Shown: positions 1-10,600 of the stretch, one piece after another
Layout: every line of letters starts with the position of its first letter
How positions within the stretch are numbered: the stretch's first letter is position 1
Origin: an uncultured Verrucomicrobiae bacterium
GTDB taxonomy: Bacteria; Verrucomicrobiota; Verrucomicrobiia; Chthoniobacterales; Chthoniobacteraceae
Assembly (NCBI GenBank): GCA_963828525.1
Contig: CAWHEP010000004.1
Coordinates: forward strand, 96,001-160,000
Length of the DNA: 64,000 nucleotides
Direction of reading: 5' to 3'
Position numbers and translations under genes: made by a program
Notes under the pieces: generated by a model
The model's database searches: none
Told to the model about the DNA's origin: nothing
What the model saw: only the letters and a program-made list of their open reading frames with translations

Positions 1-107
1 CCTTCCCGCGTCAGGCCGAATTCCATGATCATGGCCCCAATGACCCCCAGGCCGATCAGCACAAAGAGGCCAACTTTGAATTCCAGCAATCTTTCCTGTT
101 TGTCCAT
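1..107 (-). CDS. mlaD: MlaD/MCE-family substrate-binding protein, N-terminus only (runs off the window)
   Basis: Manual translation from ATG at 107 gives MDKQERLLEFKVGLFVLIGLGVIGAMIMEFG, the typical MlaD 'E-x-K-VG-LFV' N-terminal anchor. It lies directly downstream of mlaE-mlaF. Confidence 0.8.
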   Translation of the reverse strand, partial: MDKQERLLEFKVGLFVLIGLGVIGAMIMEFGLTRE

Positions 108-111
108 GTTT

Positions 112-853
112 CTACAATACGCTGTCTCGGGAGCGCCCGAGGATGAAGTCTTCGATCAGTGGATCCGTGGCCGCGCGAAAGTCGTCCGGCGATCCATGAA
201 AGTAAATCCGTCCTTCGTGCAAATACGCTATCTGATCGCCGACATGGAAAGCCGTCTTCATATCGTGTGTCACGACGATGGATGTCACCTTGAAACGCGT
301 CTGCATTCTTCTTATCAAGTGATTTATGCTATCGGACACAACCGGATCGAGTCCCGACGTCGGTTCGTCGTAGAGAATGGACGCGGGATTTGTGATGATG
401 GCCCGGGCAAGTCCTACCCGTTTCTTCATCCCCCCACTCAAGCTCTCCGGCATCTTTTTCTCCTGCCCTTGCAGATTTACCACCTCGAGCGCTTCTGAAA
501 CTTTGGCGCGAATCGTTTTGGGATCTTTTTCTCCGGCTTCCCGCAACGGGAACGCCAAATTTTCTTCTACCGACATGGAGTCGAAAAGAGCGCCGCTCTG
601 GAAAAGGATCCCGACCTTCTTCCGTATGGCGACCAGTTCGCGCTCGTTCAGCCTGACGACACTTTCATTGTCCACGAGGACATCTCCGGAGGTGGGCTTC
701 ATCAGGCCGATGATATGTTTCAGAAGGACGCTTTTCCCCCCGCCGCTACGCCCGACGATGACAACAGTCTCCCCGGGCCTGACTTCGAGGTTGAGCCCGC
801 GCAAAATCTCCTGCCTGCCGATCTGTCTTCTGGAGATTACGGACGCTGATCAT
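112..853 (-). CDS. mlaF: MlaF/Ttg2A ABC transporter ATP-binding protein (apparent 1-nt frameshift near 826)
   Basis: Walker A GRSGGGKS, LFQSGALFDS, signature LSGGMKKR, LYDEPTSGLDP. The N-terminus MISVRNLQK (ATG 853) is in another frame and joins QIGRQEILRGLNLEV if one base is removed. Confidence 0.9.
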
Positions 854-864
854 GGCTGCGCGCT

Positions 865-1650
865 TTAGCCGCCGTACGGGAAAACGACATTGAGCAGGAG
901 GGAAAGGAAAAAATTCGAAACCAGGATGGCCAGCGAGCCGATGACCACTGCTTCCGTTGGCGCGCGTCCCACCCCCACCGCGCCTTCTTTCGCATTCAGC
1001 CCTTGATGGCAACTGATGAACACAATCAGGAATGAAAACACAAACCCTTTGGTGAGCGCCATTTTGACATCCCTCAATCCCGTAAATTTCTGCATGTAGT
1101 GGACGTAATAGACCCCAGGGATATCCATCAGGCCCACGCCAACGATGTAGCCAGCGATGATCCCTACACCCACGCATTCCGCTACCAGCAGTGGCATGGA
1201 AATCATCATGGCCAGCGTGCGGGGTACTACCAGATAGTCGACGGGATAAACGCCCAACGCGCGCAATGCGTCAATTTGCTCCGTCACCTTCATAGTGCCG
1301 ATCTCCGCTGACATTGCCGCGCCCACGCGGCCCGCCACCATCAAACCTGTGAGGACAGGCCCCAGCTCCCGGAACATCGAGACCGCTACAACGGAACCAA
1401 CGGCAGAGTCCATCCCCAGTGAGTGAAACTGGAAGTAGGTTTGCGCCGCGAAAACGGCTCCCGTAAACGCTCCGGTCATGATCACGACAAGTTGCGACCT
1501 GAAGCCAACCTCCAGTATCTGGCTTACAAATAGACCCCAGCGAATGGGCGCTGTGCAAATGGAGCGGAATGTATCAGCGGCAAGAAGGACGAGTTCCCCG
1601 ACGTAGGAGACGAATGAAAGAAGGGAGCGGCCAACAAACTGGATCGGCAT
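865..1650 (-). CDS. mlaE: MlaE/Ttg2B ABC transporter permease
   Basis: RELGPVLTGLMVAGRVGAAMSAEIGTMKVTEQIDAL and GAVGVGRA motifs; likely start MPIQFVG at 1650. Confidence 0.92.
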   Translation of the reverse strand: MPIQFVGRSLLSFVSYVGELVLLAADTFRSICTAPIRWGLFVSQILEVGFRSQLVVIMTGAFTGAVFAAQTYFQFHSLGMDSAVGSVVAVSMFRELGPVLTGLMVAGRVGAAMSAEIGTMKVTEQIDALRALGVYPVDYLVVPRTLAMMISMPLLVAECVGVGIIAGYIVGVGLMDIPGVYYVHYMQKFTGLRDVKMALTKGFVFSFLIVFISCHQGLNAKEGAVGVGRAPTEAVVIGSLAILVSNFFLSLLLNVVFPYGG

Positions 1651-1722
1651 ATTGAGATCGATGTTTCGTTCCACCTTTAGGTCTGGTGAAACTGCGTTAA
1701 AGCGGGAGGACAAACGCCCCAC

Positions 1723-2007
1723 TCAAACTGCGCCGGGAGACTCGAATGCTGAAAGCAACTGCGTTTTGCTCTTCTGATTCAGCTCTGCCGGGATGTTGCC
1801 AACGATCCGGGCTTCCAGCTTCAACTTGCTGAAAATCGCGTGAATCTCATCGATCGTGAGAGTCGGCACGTCAAAGTCCAGATAGACGATGTCGTGATTG
1901 CTGTCGATCTTATACCGCAACGAAGGTACTGCCTCAAGCTCGTGATCGAGCGCGAGAATCTTCTCGAGGCTGCGAACGCCTGCTGCATAAACCTCTACTT
2001 CAATCAT
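1723..2007 (-). CDS. small hypothetical protein (~94 aa, possibly ferredoxin/ACT-like alpha-beta fold)
   Basis: ORF MIEVEVYAAGVRSLEKILALDHELE... has protein-like composition and is co-oriented with the mla genes. Confidence 0.65.
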   Translation of the reverse strand: MIEVEVYAAGVRSLEKILALDHELEAVPSLRYKIDSNHDIVYLDFDVPTLTIDEIHAIFSKLKLEARIVGNIPAELNQKSKTQLLSAFESPGAV

Positions 2008-2115
2008 ACGCGTGGCATGGTGGTAACACACAAGTTTGTACCCGCCCAGCGTTGAATTGCAAAGAGAATGTTCGCATCCGTCGGCGGATTTCATTGAAAG
2101 TGATTTTAGGAACGA

Positions 2116-2144
2116 TTAACAATGCGCGAGCCACCAGTTAGCTT
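2116..2144 (+). promoter_or_regulatory. sigma70-like promoter, near-leaderless
   Basis: TTAACA-N17-TAGCTT ending 7 nt before ATG 2152; no Shine-Dalgarno. Confidence 0.45.
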
Positions 2145-2151
2145 CCGGTAA

Positions 2152-2790
2152 ATGTCCCATCCACAGGCAGTTCCTTCTCTCCGCGGCGTCCCCCTCCGAT
2201 GCGGTGTGGCGGAATGCTGGCTTGGCTTTGTCCTGGTCGTCGCTTCGGAAGAAGGCGCGCGCGAAATTACGCTTGGAGATTCACGGGAGGGACTGATTCA
2301 GCAGGCAAAATGTAATTTCCCCGATTCCATCGCTTATGAAGGTGGAGACGACGATGTTTTGGCCGCTGTGCTGCGCCTCATTGAGCGTCCGGAATCGCCC
2401 CCCGAAGTGCCTTTGGATATTCGCGGCACCCCCTTTCAGCGCAGCGTGTGGAAAGCTCTTCGCGCCATTCCTCCGGGATCCACGATGAGCTATGCTGAAG
2501 TTGCCCGCCAGATAGGCGCCCCCGGTTCTCACCGCGCGGTCGCCAGCGCTTGCTCTGCCAACCGTCTCGCCATCGCCATTCCTTGCCACAGGGTGGTGAG
2601 CTCGGATGGCAGCCTTTCCGGCTTCAGGTGGGGCGTGGAACGCAAACGGGCTCTCCTGGCGCGTGAAGCTGCGTCGCGCCCCCGTCTCTCCCTTAACCGC
2701 CAGCAGGGTGGAAAGCCCGTTCCATTGGATGCATGGTACTTGTTGTTGAAGATGAGAAGAAGACGGCGGCTTTCATCCGCAAAGCCTTAA
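2152..2790 (+). CDS. ogt: methylated-DNA-[protein]-cysteine S-methyltransferase (Ada C-terminal/Ogt type)
   Basis: GTPFQRSVWKALRAIPPG, RAVASAC, active site IPCHRVV, LSGFRWGVERKRALL; no Ada-N/AraC domain. The 3' end overlaps the next gene, so the true stop is uncertain. Confidence 0.88.
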   Translation: MSHPQAVPSLRGVPLRCGVAECWLGFVLVVASEEGAREITLGDSREGLIQQAKCNFPDSIAYEGGDDDVLAAVLRLIERPESPPEVPLDIRGTPFQRSVWKALRAIPPGSTMSYAEVARQIGAPGSHRAVASACSANRLAIAIPCHRVVSSDGSLSGFRWGVERKRALLAREAASRPRLSLNRQQGGKPVPLDAWYLLLKMRRRRRLSSAKP

Positions 2791-3401
2791 AGTCGGAAGG
2801 GTTTGCCGTGGACGTCGTTCACGATGGAATCCAAGCCATTGATTTCGCCGCAAGCTGCAACCTCGATGCGATCATCCTCGATATCATGCTCCCGGGGCGT
2901 GATGGACTGAGCGTCTTGCGATCCATCCGGGAGCGCAGGATCTCCACCCCCGTTTTGCTTCTCTCCGCTCGCGGGGAGGTTGCCGAACGCGTAGATGGGT
3001 TGAACGCGGGCGCGGACGATTACCTGCCAAAGCCATTTGTTCTCTCGGAGCTCATAGCTCGCGTCAGAGCGCTTGGGCGCCGTTCGGGCTCGCAGACGGC
3101 GGTGGAGTTGAAGGTGGCAAACTTGCGGCTAAATACACTCACACGAACCGCGCAGCGTGACGATGTGGCGATTGACCTTACCTCTCGCGAATACCTGCTG
3201 CTGGAATTTCTAATGCGCTCCACCGGAAGGATCTGCAGCCGTTCGTTGATCCTTGAACAAGTCTGGGAATACACCTTCGACCCTGGCACCAATCTCATTG
3301 ATGTTTATGTAAAGCGATTGCGTGAAAAGATTGACATGTCGTTTACACCCAAGTTGTTGCATAACGTGAGAGGAGTCGGTTATGTCCTCAGGGTTGAATA
3401 A
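2733..3401 (+). CDS. OmpR-family response regulator (CusR/CzcR-like)
   Basis: VLVVEDE, LDIMLPGRDG, GADDYLPKPF, and winged-helix FDPGTNLIDVYVKRLREKID...RGVGY. Confidence 0.93.
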   Translation: MVLVVEDEKKTAAFIRKALKSEGFAVDVVHDGIQAIDFAASCNLDAIILDIMLPGRDGLSVLRSIRERRISTPVLLLSARGEVAERVDGLNAGADDYLPKPFVLSELIARVRALGRRSGSQTAVELKVANLRLNTLTRTAQRDDVAIDLTSREYLLLEFLMRSTGRICSRSLILEQVWEYTFDPGTNLIDVYVKRLREKIDMSFTPKLLHNVRGVGYVLRVE

Positions 3402-4487
3402 ATGACCCTTCGCTCGAAGCTCTCCGTGTGGTTCGGCGTAGTCCTCGTCGCGTCGCTGTTGATCAACGGCGCGCTCTTATATGAAGAATGGGTTGTGGAA
3501 CCCCGGCAAGGCCACCACGAGGATGAGGAAACGGACGGTCCGCCCATCAATGACTTGTGGCAGGCTGTCCTTACTTGCGCCATCCCCGCTGTCCTGATCG
3601 GTGTGGGCGGAGGCTGGCTGCTCATGCGCAGAGCATTGCAGCCCGTAGTCGCGCTGACGTTCGCCGCCGAGAGGGTAAATGAGAATAACCTCCGAACCGC
3701 GCTGCCGCGCACGGGTAACGGAGATGAACTCGACCGCCTGACGGCGGTTTTCAACAATATGACCGCCCGACTGGCCGCTTCATTCGAGCGAATAAGGGAG
3801 TTTACCCTGCGCGCTTCGCACGAGCTAAAGACACCTTTGACCATCATGCGCGCGAACATTGAGACCACCATCCGCAGCGATGCCTCCATCGAAGATCAGC
3901 GCGGCTATTTGATGGATCAGGTCGACGAGATCGATCGGCTGGCAAAAATTGTCGATGGCCTGACGCTTTTGACCAAGGCTGACGCTGGCGAGATTCGGCT
4001 GAAGGCCGAGCCTGTTGGGCTCGGAGAGCTTGTCCAAGAGGTGTTTGCCGACGGCCAGGTGTTAGCGCGGGCAAATGCCATCTCCGTTGAGCTTCTTGCG
4101 CTTGAGACCGCTACCGTCACCGGAGACAATTCCCGACTTCGTCAAATGCTTCTGAACCTGGTGGACAACGCGGTGAAATATAACGTTCCCCAGGGTTCCG
4201 TTTCGATTTCTTTGCGGTCGATTGATGGGGCGGCGGACATCGAAATCACCAATACAGGAGCAGGTATCGACCAGGAGATGCTTCCCAGGGTGTTCGATCC
4301 ATTTTTCCGCGGCGATCCTTCGCATACCCGGGAGGTTGAGGGGAGCGGTCTCGGTCTCGCAATCGTGCGTTGGATTGTGACGGCTCACGGTGGCAGGATC
4401 ACGCTCGCGTCAGAGCCAGGCCTTTGCACGAGAGTTCGGGTGAGCCTCCCTCTCGCTGCGCGAGGGCGGGGAAATCCTGAAGAATGA
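3402..4487 (+). CDS. sensor histidine kinase (2 TM, HAMP, HisKA, HATPase)
   Basis: ASHELKTPL H-box, LLNLVDNAVKYN N-box, GSGLGLAI G-box; HAMP GDELDRL. Confidence 0.93.
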   Translation: MTLRSKLSVWFGVVLVASLLINGALLYEEWVVEPRQGHHEDEETDGPPINDLWQAVLTCAIPAVLIGVGGGWLLMRRALQPVVALTFAAERVNENNLRTALPRTGNGDELDRLTAVFNNMTARLAASFERIREFTLRASHELKTPLTIMRANIETTIRSDASIEDQRGYLMDQVDEIDRLAKIVDGLTLLTKADAGEIRLKAEPVGLGELVQEVFADGQVLARANAISVELLALETATVTGDNSRLRQMLLNLVDNAVKYNVPQGSVSISLRSIDGAADIEITNTGAGIDQEMLPRVFDPFFRGDPSHTREVEGSGLGLAIVRWIVTAHGGRITLASEPGLCTRVRVSLPLAARGRGNPEE

Positions 4488-4504
4488 CTAAACTGTCATT
4501 CTTC
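4479..4504. promoter_or_regulatory. Cus/Cop-box-like palindromic operator
   Basis: Perfect inverted repeat GAAGAATGAC-TAAACT-GTCATTCTTC overlapping the kinase stop codon; core resembles the CusR/CopR box ATGAC-N6-GTCAT. Confidence 0.75.
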
Positions 4505-4595
4505 CTGCCACAGTCTGTTCATTAACCGTCTCTACGGTCTCAGTCGTTGGCGGAACACCGCTGGCACAACCCCAAAATCGAAAGAAACAAAACGC

Positions 4596-5009
4596 ATGAA
4601 AGTGAATGTAATCATCAAAACAGTGTTCGCCTTTACAGTTCTGGCTACGCTAGGGACTGCTGGAGCCAAAGAAAAGAGCGAGGCGGAACTGATGTCGAAA
4701 GCAAAGGTCACCAAGGCCGAGGCTGAAAAGACCGCGCTTGCGAAAGTGCCGGATGGCAAAATCAAGGCGACCGAACTCGAAGAGGAGAAGGGCAAGCTGA
4801 TCTGGTCCTTTGACATAGCCCGCCCTGGCACGAACGACACGACCGAGGTGCATATTGACGCGATCACCGGCAAATTCCTCGGCACAGAGATCGAGACGGC
4901 TGAACAGAACGCGAAAGAGGTAAAGGAAGACAAGGAAAAAGACGAGAAGGGCGAAAAAGACGAGAAGGGTGAGAAAGACGACAAGGGCGGGAAGGGCGAG
5001 AAGGATTAA
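4596..5009 (+). CDS. secreted PepSY-domain protein with a charged repetitive tail
   Basis: Signal peptide; AKVTKAEAEKTALAKVPDGKI..ELEEEKGKLIWSFDI..EVHIDAITGK is a PepSY pattern; tail KDEKGEKDEKGEKDDKGGKGEKD. Confidence 0.85.
   Translation: MKVNVIIKTVFAFTVLATLGTAGAKEKSEAELMSKAKVTKAEAEKTALAKVPDGKIKATELEEEKGKLIWSFDIARPGTNDTTEVHIDAITGKFLGTEIETAEQNAKEVKEDKEKDEKGEKDEKGEKDDKGGKGEKD
4938..5006 (+). repeat. coding 18-bp tandem repeat (KDEKGE)
   Basis: aaagacgagaagggcgaa / aaagacgagaagggtgag / aaagacgacaagggcggg. Confidence 0.8.
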
Positions 5010-5028
5010 TCAGCGGACCCTGTGATTC

Positions 5029-5062
5029 GAGGCTGCGGGTAAGCGCCCGCAGCCTCTTTTCT
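5029..5062 (+). terminator. Rho-independent terminator after the PepSY gene
   Basis: GAGGCTGCGGG-TAAGCG-CCCGCAGCCTC (11-bp perfect stem) followed by TTTTCT and a further T-rich tract. Confidence 0.8.
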
Positions 5063-5113
5063 CGAAATTCTTTTTTCTTTCTGTCCGGCAATTCGCGAAT
5101 ACTCTGGCGCCTT

Positions 5114-6535
5114 ATGCTGAGCGCGCTGCGCTGCTCGGGTTGCCTTCGAATAACGGTGGAGTCTAGAGCAACCTTCCTTGGCGCGGTTGTAGTCATCTGC
5201 ATGGCGGGCTGCGCTATCTACCATCCAAAGCCACTCACGAGGGAAACGGTGGAGCGCGCTCTGAAGCCCGCTGAACCAAACATCCTCCGGATTGAGGCGG
5301 CTCGCGTTAAACACCCGCTTTTGAGGCCTGTTGTCATAAACCCTTCCGTTGGGATTGGACCCGATCAGGCCGCGATTATGGCGGTGCTCATGAATCCGGC
5401 CGTTGTGGCGGGACGCGATCGGCGCGGGTTGGCCGAGGCTCAACTTATCCAGGCAGGCATTCTGCCGAATCCCCAAGTCTCTTACAGCAAGGACTTCGTA
5501 ACGGGAGGCAACAGCGCTGGAGCGTTAAATGCTTTCGGCTATGGGGTGGCGTGGGATTTTACTTCCCTGCTCGGCCATGGCGCCAGGCGCGAGGCAGGCA
5601 GGTCTAATATACGTTCCGTGGATCTGGATATCGCTTGGGATGAATGGCAGGCCGCGCAAGGCGCGCGGATGCAACTTTACAAAGTTGTGGCTCTAGAAGC
5701 GGAGCTCAATGGCGCCCGCGAGGCTGATCGCGCTCTTAGGGACAACGTCAGCACACTTAAAACGGCTTCCGAGGCTCACGAGAAGACTGTGCTCGATCTC
5801 GCCGCGGCCGAATCGACAAGCCAGGATGCGCACGCCACGGCGTTGGAGCTGGAACAGGACCTCGGAAAGCAACGAATCCTTTTCAACAAGGCACTCGGGC
5901 TTCCCCCCGAAGCCCGCCCGCGCATCCAGTCTGACCTCATCCTGCCTTCCTCACTGCCGGTCCCGCCCGAGGGTGATCTGGTTGCGAAAATGGAATCCCG
6001 AAGACTGGATCTTCTGGCTCTTAAAGAAGGCTACAACAGCCAGGAAGCAACGGTGCGAGCCGCGATCCTTGCTCAGTTCCCAAAGATTTCCATCGGGTTT
6101 AATAAGGCGACTGATAACACCAACGTCCAATCAACCGGCTTCGCTGTAACTCTCGATCTGCCTCTATTCGACCGCAATCAAGGAACCATCGCCACCGAAA
6201 CCGCCACGCGTCAGAAGCTTTTTGACGAATACGCTTCCCGTGTGTTCGAAGGCAGGTCGGATATTGCCGCTGCTGTCTCTGATCTTCGCGCCCTCGACAG
6301 GCAGATCGCCGCTGCGGAAGAGGCAGTTCCCGTCCTCGAACGTCTCCTCCAAACCGCGCAAACTGCCATCAACCAGGGTAATACCGACGTTCTCAGCTAT
6401 TATGCCGCGCGCACCGGGCTGCTGCAAAAGAAGATCCAGGTCATCAAGCTTAAGGAACAACTTGCCGAGGCCCAGACCGCTCTCGAGATCGCCTCCGGTT
6501 GCTACCTTCCCGGCAGTCGCGCCTCTTCCAAATGA
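5114..6535 (+). CDS. TolC-family outer membrane efflux lipoprotein
   Basis: Lipobox-like MAGC; AGILPNPQV and LPLFDRNQG outer-membrane-efflux motifs; start codon uncertain. Confidence 0.88.
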   Translation: MLSALRCSGCLRITVESRATFLGAVVVICMAGCAIYHPKPLTRETVERALKPAEPNILRIEAARVKHPLLRPVVINPSVGIGPDQAAIMAVLMNPAVVAGRDRRGLAEAQLIQAGILPNPQVSYSKDFVTGGNSAGALNAFGYGVAWDFTSLLGHGARREAGRSNIRSVDLDIAWDEWQAAQGARMQLYKVVALEAELNGAREADRALRDNVSTLKTASEAHEKTVLDLAAAESTSQDAHATALELEQDLGKQRILFNKALGLPPEARPRIQSDLILPSSLPVPPEGDLVAKMESRRLDLLALKEGYNSQEATVRAAILAQFPKISIGFNKATDNTNVQSTGFAVTLDLPLFDRNQGTIATETATRQKLFDEYASRVFEGRSDIAAAVSDLRALDRQIAAAEEAVPVLERLLQTAQTAINQGNTDVLSYYAARTGLLQKKIQVIKLKEQLAEAQTALEIASGCYLPGSRASSK

Positions 6536-7603
6536 AACGAATTCTAATAATAGCGCCGCGCTCGCGATCCTGGCCACCGCCGCTTTATGGTTCGCGCGCC
6601 ATCACGGCGCTGCTCAAGAGGGGGAAGCGGGAGACGTGGATGCCAAACAAGCCGTCGCCCATGTAAACGTCGCAAAATAGAGCGTAAAAACATATCTCAA
6701 AAAGTGGTCGCTTACGGGAGCGTCATCGGGCAGCCGGCGAAAATTCATTCATTTTCCGTTGCGTTCGAGTGCCGCGTGAGGCACATCCTTGTTGCCCCAG
6801 GCGAGTTCGTGGCGGCTGGCGCGGATTTGGCGGAGCTGGAGCCCAGCGCCGCCGCGCAGTTGCTGATGCAGCAGGCGAAGAATGCGGCGGACGCGAGCGA
6901 ACGCGACCTTAAGCAGACACAAGCGCGCTTCGCTCTAAAACTGGCCACAAACCAGGAATTGGGCGTCGCTCAGAAGGCCGCCCGAGACGCGGAACTGCAG
7001 ATGGAGAGTATCAGGAAACTGGGGACCGGAACTAACATCCGCCTGAAGGCGGATACGGCGGGCATCGTTGAGAAGCTGGATGCTCAGAACGGTCAGATCG
7101 TTCCAGTGGGCGGGCCTCTGGTTGAAATCGTGGCTAATGACGAGATCGAGGTGAAACTTGGTGTCGAAGCAGGGGATTTGGCGGGCTTGCAGACCGGTCA
7201 ACCGGTCAAGCTCATCCCGGTGAATGATCCAGCCGCCCAAGGCGTCGAGGGGCGGATCCGGCTGGTGACGCGGCGGATCGACCCATCCACCCGGCTTGTG
7301 GATGTTTATGTCTCGCTCGCTCCAGGCGCCAGGTTGCTTCTCGATGGCTACATCCGCGGCGAGATCGCGCGCACATCTACAAACGCGCTGGTCGTGCCTG
7401 CCGCGGCCTTGTTGCCGGAAGAGGAAGGCTTCAGTCTCTATACCGTCAAAAGCGGGGTGGCCGAGAAGCGGATAGTCGCTAAAGGTGTTGAAAGCGGTGA
7501 GGAGGTGGAGGTCGTCTCGCCGGAAGTGCAAGAGGGCGAGACGGTAATAACGGCAGGCAACTATGAATTGCAGGAGGGGATGCGTGTGGAAGAGGCCAAA
7601 TGA
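6532..7603 (+). CDS. RND efflux periplasmic adaptor (MFP); two apparent indels near 6553 and 6677
   Basis: ATG 6532 overlaps the TolC stop. MKRILII + AALAILATAALWF...HVNVAK + IERKNISQKVVAYG lie in three frames. C-terminal LVVPAAAL..GV..GEEVEV..GETVITAG. Confidence 0.85.
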
Positions 7604-10600
7604 GTCTTTCCACATGGGCGCATGCCCACTCCCGCTCCATCCTTTTCCTGCTGGGCGCCTTGGCTGCGGCAGGAGCAATCAGCAGCCTTTTCCTGCCGGT
7701 AGCTCTCTTTCCTGAGGTCAGTTTTCCGCGTGTTCGCATCGCCCTTGACGCGGGGGACAGGCCAGCAGAACAGATGGCTGCGGAGATCACCACGCCGGTC
7801 GAGGAAGCGGTGCGCTCGATACCCGGCGTGCGAGGGGTGCGTTCCACCACCAGCCGTGGCAGCGCTGAAATCTCGATAAATTTCGATTGGGGAGAAGACA
7901 TGGTAGCGGCCATGCTCGAGACGGAGTCCGAGGTGAACAAGATTCTGCCCACACTGCCCGCCGGCACCAGCTTTGAAGCCGAGCGCATGGATCCCACCAC
8001 CTTTCCGGTGATCGCCTATAGCCTCACCTCAGACACGAAGTCCCTTGTAGCTTTGAAGGATCTCGCGCTCTATACGCTGCGCCCGGCTCTTTCCACCGTT
8101 CCCGGAGTGTCGCGTGTCCTCGTCCAGGGCGGCCTGACAGAGGAGTTTCGCGTGGTTGTCTCTCCCGAAAAGCTGCAGTCCTTCCAGATGACGCTTGCGG
8201 ATGTTGCAAACGCCCTTTCCGCCGCGAACGTCCTGGTCGCGGTCGGACGGATGGAGCAGAACGACAAGCTGTACCTTGTAATCTCCGATACCCGGTTTCA
8301 GACGGTGGATCAGATCACGGCCACCGTCCTGCGCGCCACGCCTGGTGGCGTTGTTTTGTTGAGCGACGTGGCGCGCGTGGAGCATTCTACCGAGCCGGAG
8401 TGGACCCGCGTCACGGCGGACGGACATGACGCGGTCCTCTTTCAGGTGTATCAGCAGCCGGGCGGGAACACGGTGCAGATCGCCGACGGAATCAAGGCAA
8501 AGCTCAACGAGATCAGCCGGCAAATACCCTCAGACGCCCGTGTTTCAAACTGGTATGACCAGAGTGACCTCATCCTTGCTTCCGCGAACAGCACGCGCGA
8601 CGCCGTCTTCATTGGCGTTGGACTTGCCGCGCTGGTGCTGATCGTTTTTCTCCGGAATTGGAAGGTAACCCTCATCGCGGCGATCGCTGTGCCCGCGGTC
8701 CTCTCGACGACGATGCTGCTTCTTTACGGTCTTGGTATGAGTTTTAATATCATGACGCTCGGCGGCATGGCGGCCGCTGTGGGCCTCATCATCGACGACG
8801 CCATCGTAATGGTGGAGCACATCATCCGCCGTTTGCGGGCAGGGGAGGGGGAGAGCTACCGCCAGAATGTGCTGGTGGCAGCAGAGGAGTTTACCCGCCC
8901 GTTAGCTGGTTCCTCGATGGCAACCATCATCATCTTCGCCCCGCTCGCTTTTCTTTCAGGCGTTACCGGCGCCTTTTTCAAAGCATTGTCACTGACGATG
9001 GCAGCCAGTCTGGTAATCTCATTCCTGGTCGCGTGGCTTGCCGTGCCTGTGCTCTGCGCGCGCTGGCTCTCGGTGAAGGATGCCGAAGCGGAAGAGAGCG
9101 GCGCCTTCATGCACAGAGCGCATGGCGCCTACTCTCGCCTGATGCGCTGGCTCCTTCCCCGCCCCTGGCTTGTCCTGCTTTTCCTCCTGCCGCTGCTTCT
9201 TGGTGGATGGCTGGCCTACCAAAACGTGGCATCCGGATTCATGCCGACGATGGATGAAGGAGGGTTCATCCTGGATTACGTTTCCCCACCGGGAACGTCC
9301 CTCGCGGAGACAGATCGGTTGCTGCGCCAGGTAGAGGGTATCCTTCGCCAAACACCGGAAGTGCAGACTTACTCGAGGCGTACCGGGGCGCAACTGGGCG
9401 GCGGGGTTTCCGAGGCGAACATCGGCGACTTTTTTGTGCGCCTCAAACCACTGCCTCGCCGGGACATCGACGAGGTAATGGACGATGTCCGCAAAGCGGT
9501 CGAGCACGACGTTCCGGGTCTTGAGATCGAGACAGCGCAGCTCATGGAGGATCTCATCGGCGATCTCACGAGCGTTCCGCAGCCGGTCGAGGTTAAGCTC
9601 CATTCCAACAACGAGAAGATACTGGCCGAGGTCGCTCCGAAAGTCGCCGACGCCATCGGGAAGATAAACGGGATTGTAGAAGTGAAGGATGGCATTGTTC
9701 CCGCTGGCGACGCTCTTAGCATCCGCGTGGACCGGGTCAAAGCCGCGATCGAAGGCATGGATCCCGACGTGATCACCAAAATCTTGAGCGATTCGCTTGG
9801 CGGCAACGTCACCACTCATATCCAACGAGGGCCGAAGGTCATCGGCGTCCGCGTTTGGATTCCCGGAACGGCGCGCGATTCAATGCGCGGCATCGCAAAT
9901 TTATTGCTCCGCGCTCCGGACGGACACCTGTTTCCGTTGAAGCGGGTGGCCGAACTCATCCCTATCACAGGCCAGCCGGAAATCACCCGCGAGGATCTGG
10001 GCCGCATGCTCGCGGTGACAGGCCGTATCGCCGGGCGCGATCTGGGCTCCGCCGTGCAGGATGTAAAGAAGGCACTGGATCAGCCTGGCCTTCTTCCCAA
10101 AGAAGTGACTTATGCCCTTGGTGGGTTGTACGAGCAGCAGCAAATTGCCTTTCGCGGGTTGACGATCATCCTCGTCGAAGCGGTCGCCCTGGTCTTCTTG
10201 CTCCTTCTGTTTCTCTACGAGAGCTTTCGTGTCGCGGCCGCGATGTTGCTGACCACCCTTTTCGCCGTCGCCGGCGTTTACCTCGGCCTTTGGCTTACCG
10301 GCACCGAATTTAACATCACCTCGAGGATGGGCATGACTATGGTCGTTGGCATCGTTACGGAGATCACCATATTTTACTACTCGGAATATCGCGACTTGCC
10401 CGAGACCGCGGACCGATTCATCGTTGCTGGCATAAACCGCATGCGCCCCATCACGATGACGGCGCTCGCGGCGATCCTGGCACTTCTTCCGCTTGCGCTT
10501 GGAATTGGCCAGGGGTCTGCCATGCAACAGCCGCTCGCGATAGCGATCATCTCAGGATTGGTGTTCGCTCTGCCTCTTGTGCTTGTGGTCATGCCCGCGC

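Noticed and set aside
2700..2790. ogt-response regulator fusion
   Set aside because: The genes are in different frames; the overlap is more likely a read-through tail or an indel artefact.
4938..5006. CRISPR-like or non-coding repeat
   Set aside because: It is an in-frame 18-bp coding repeat with no spacers and no cas genes.
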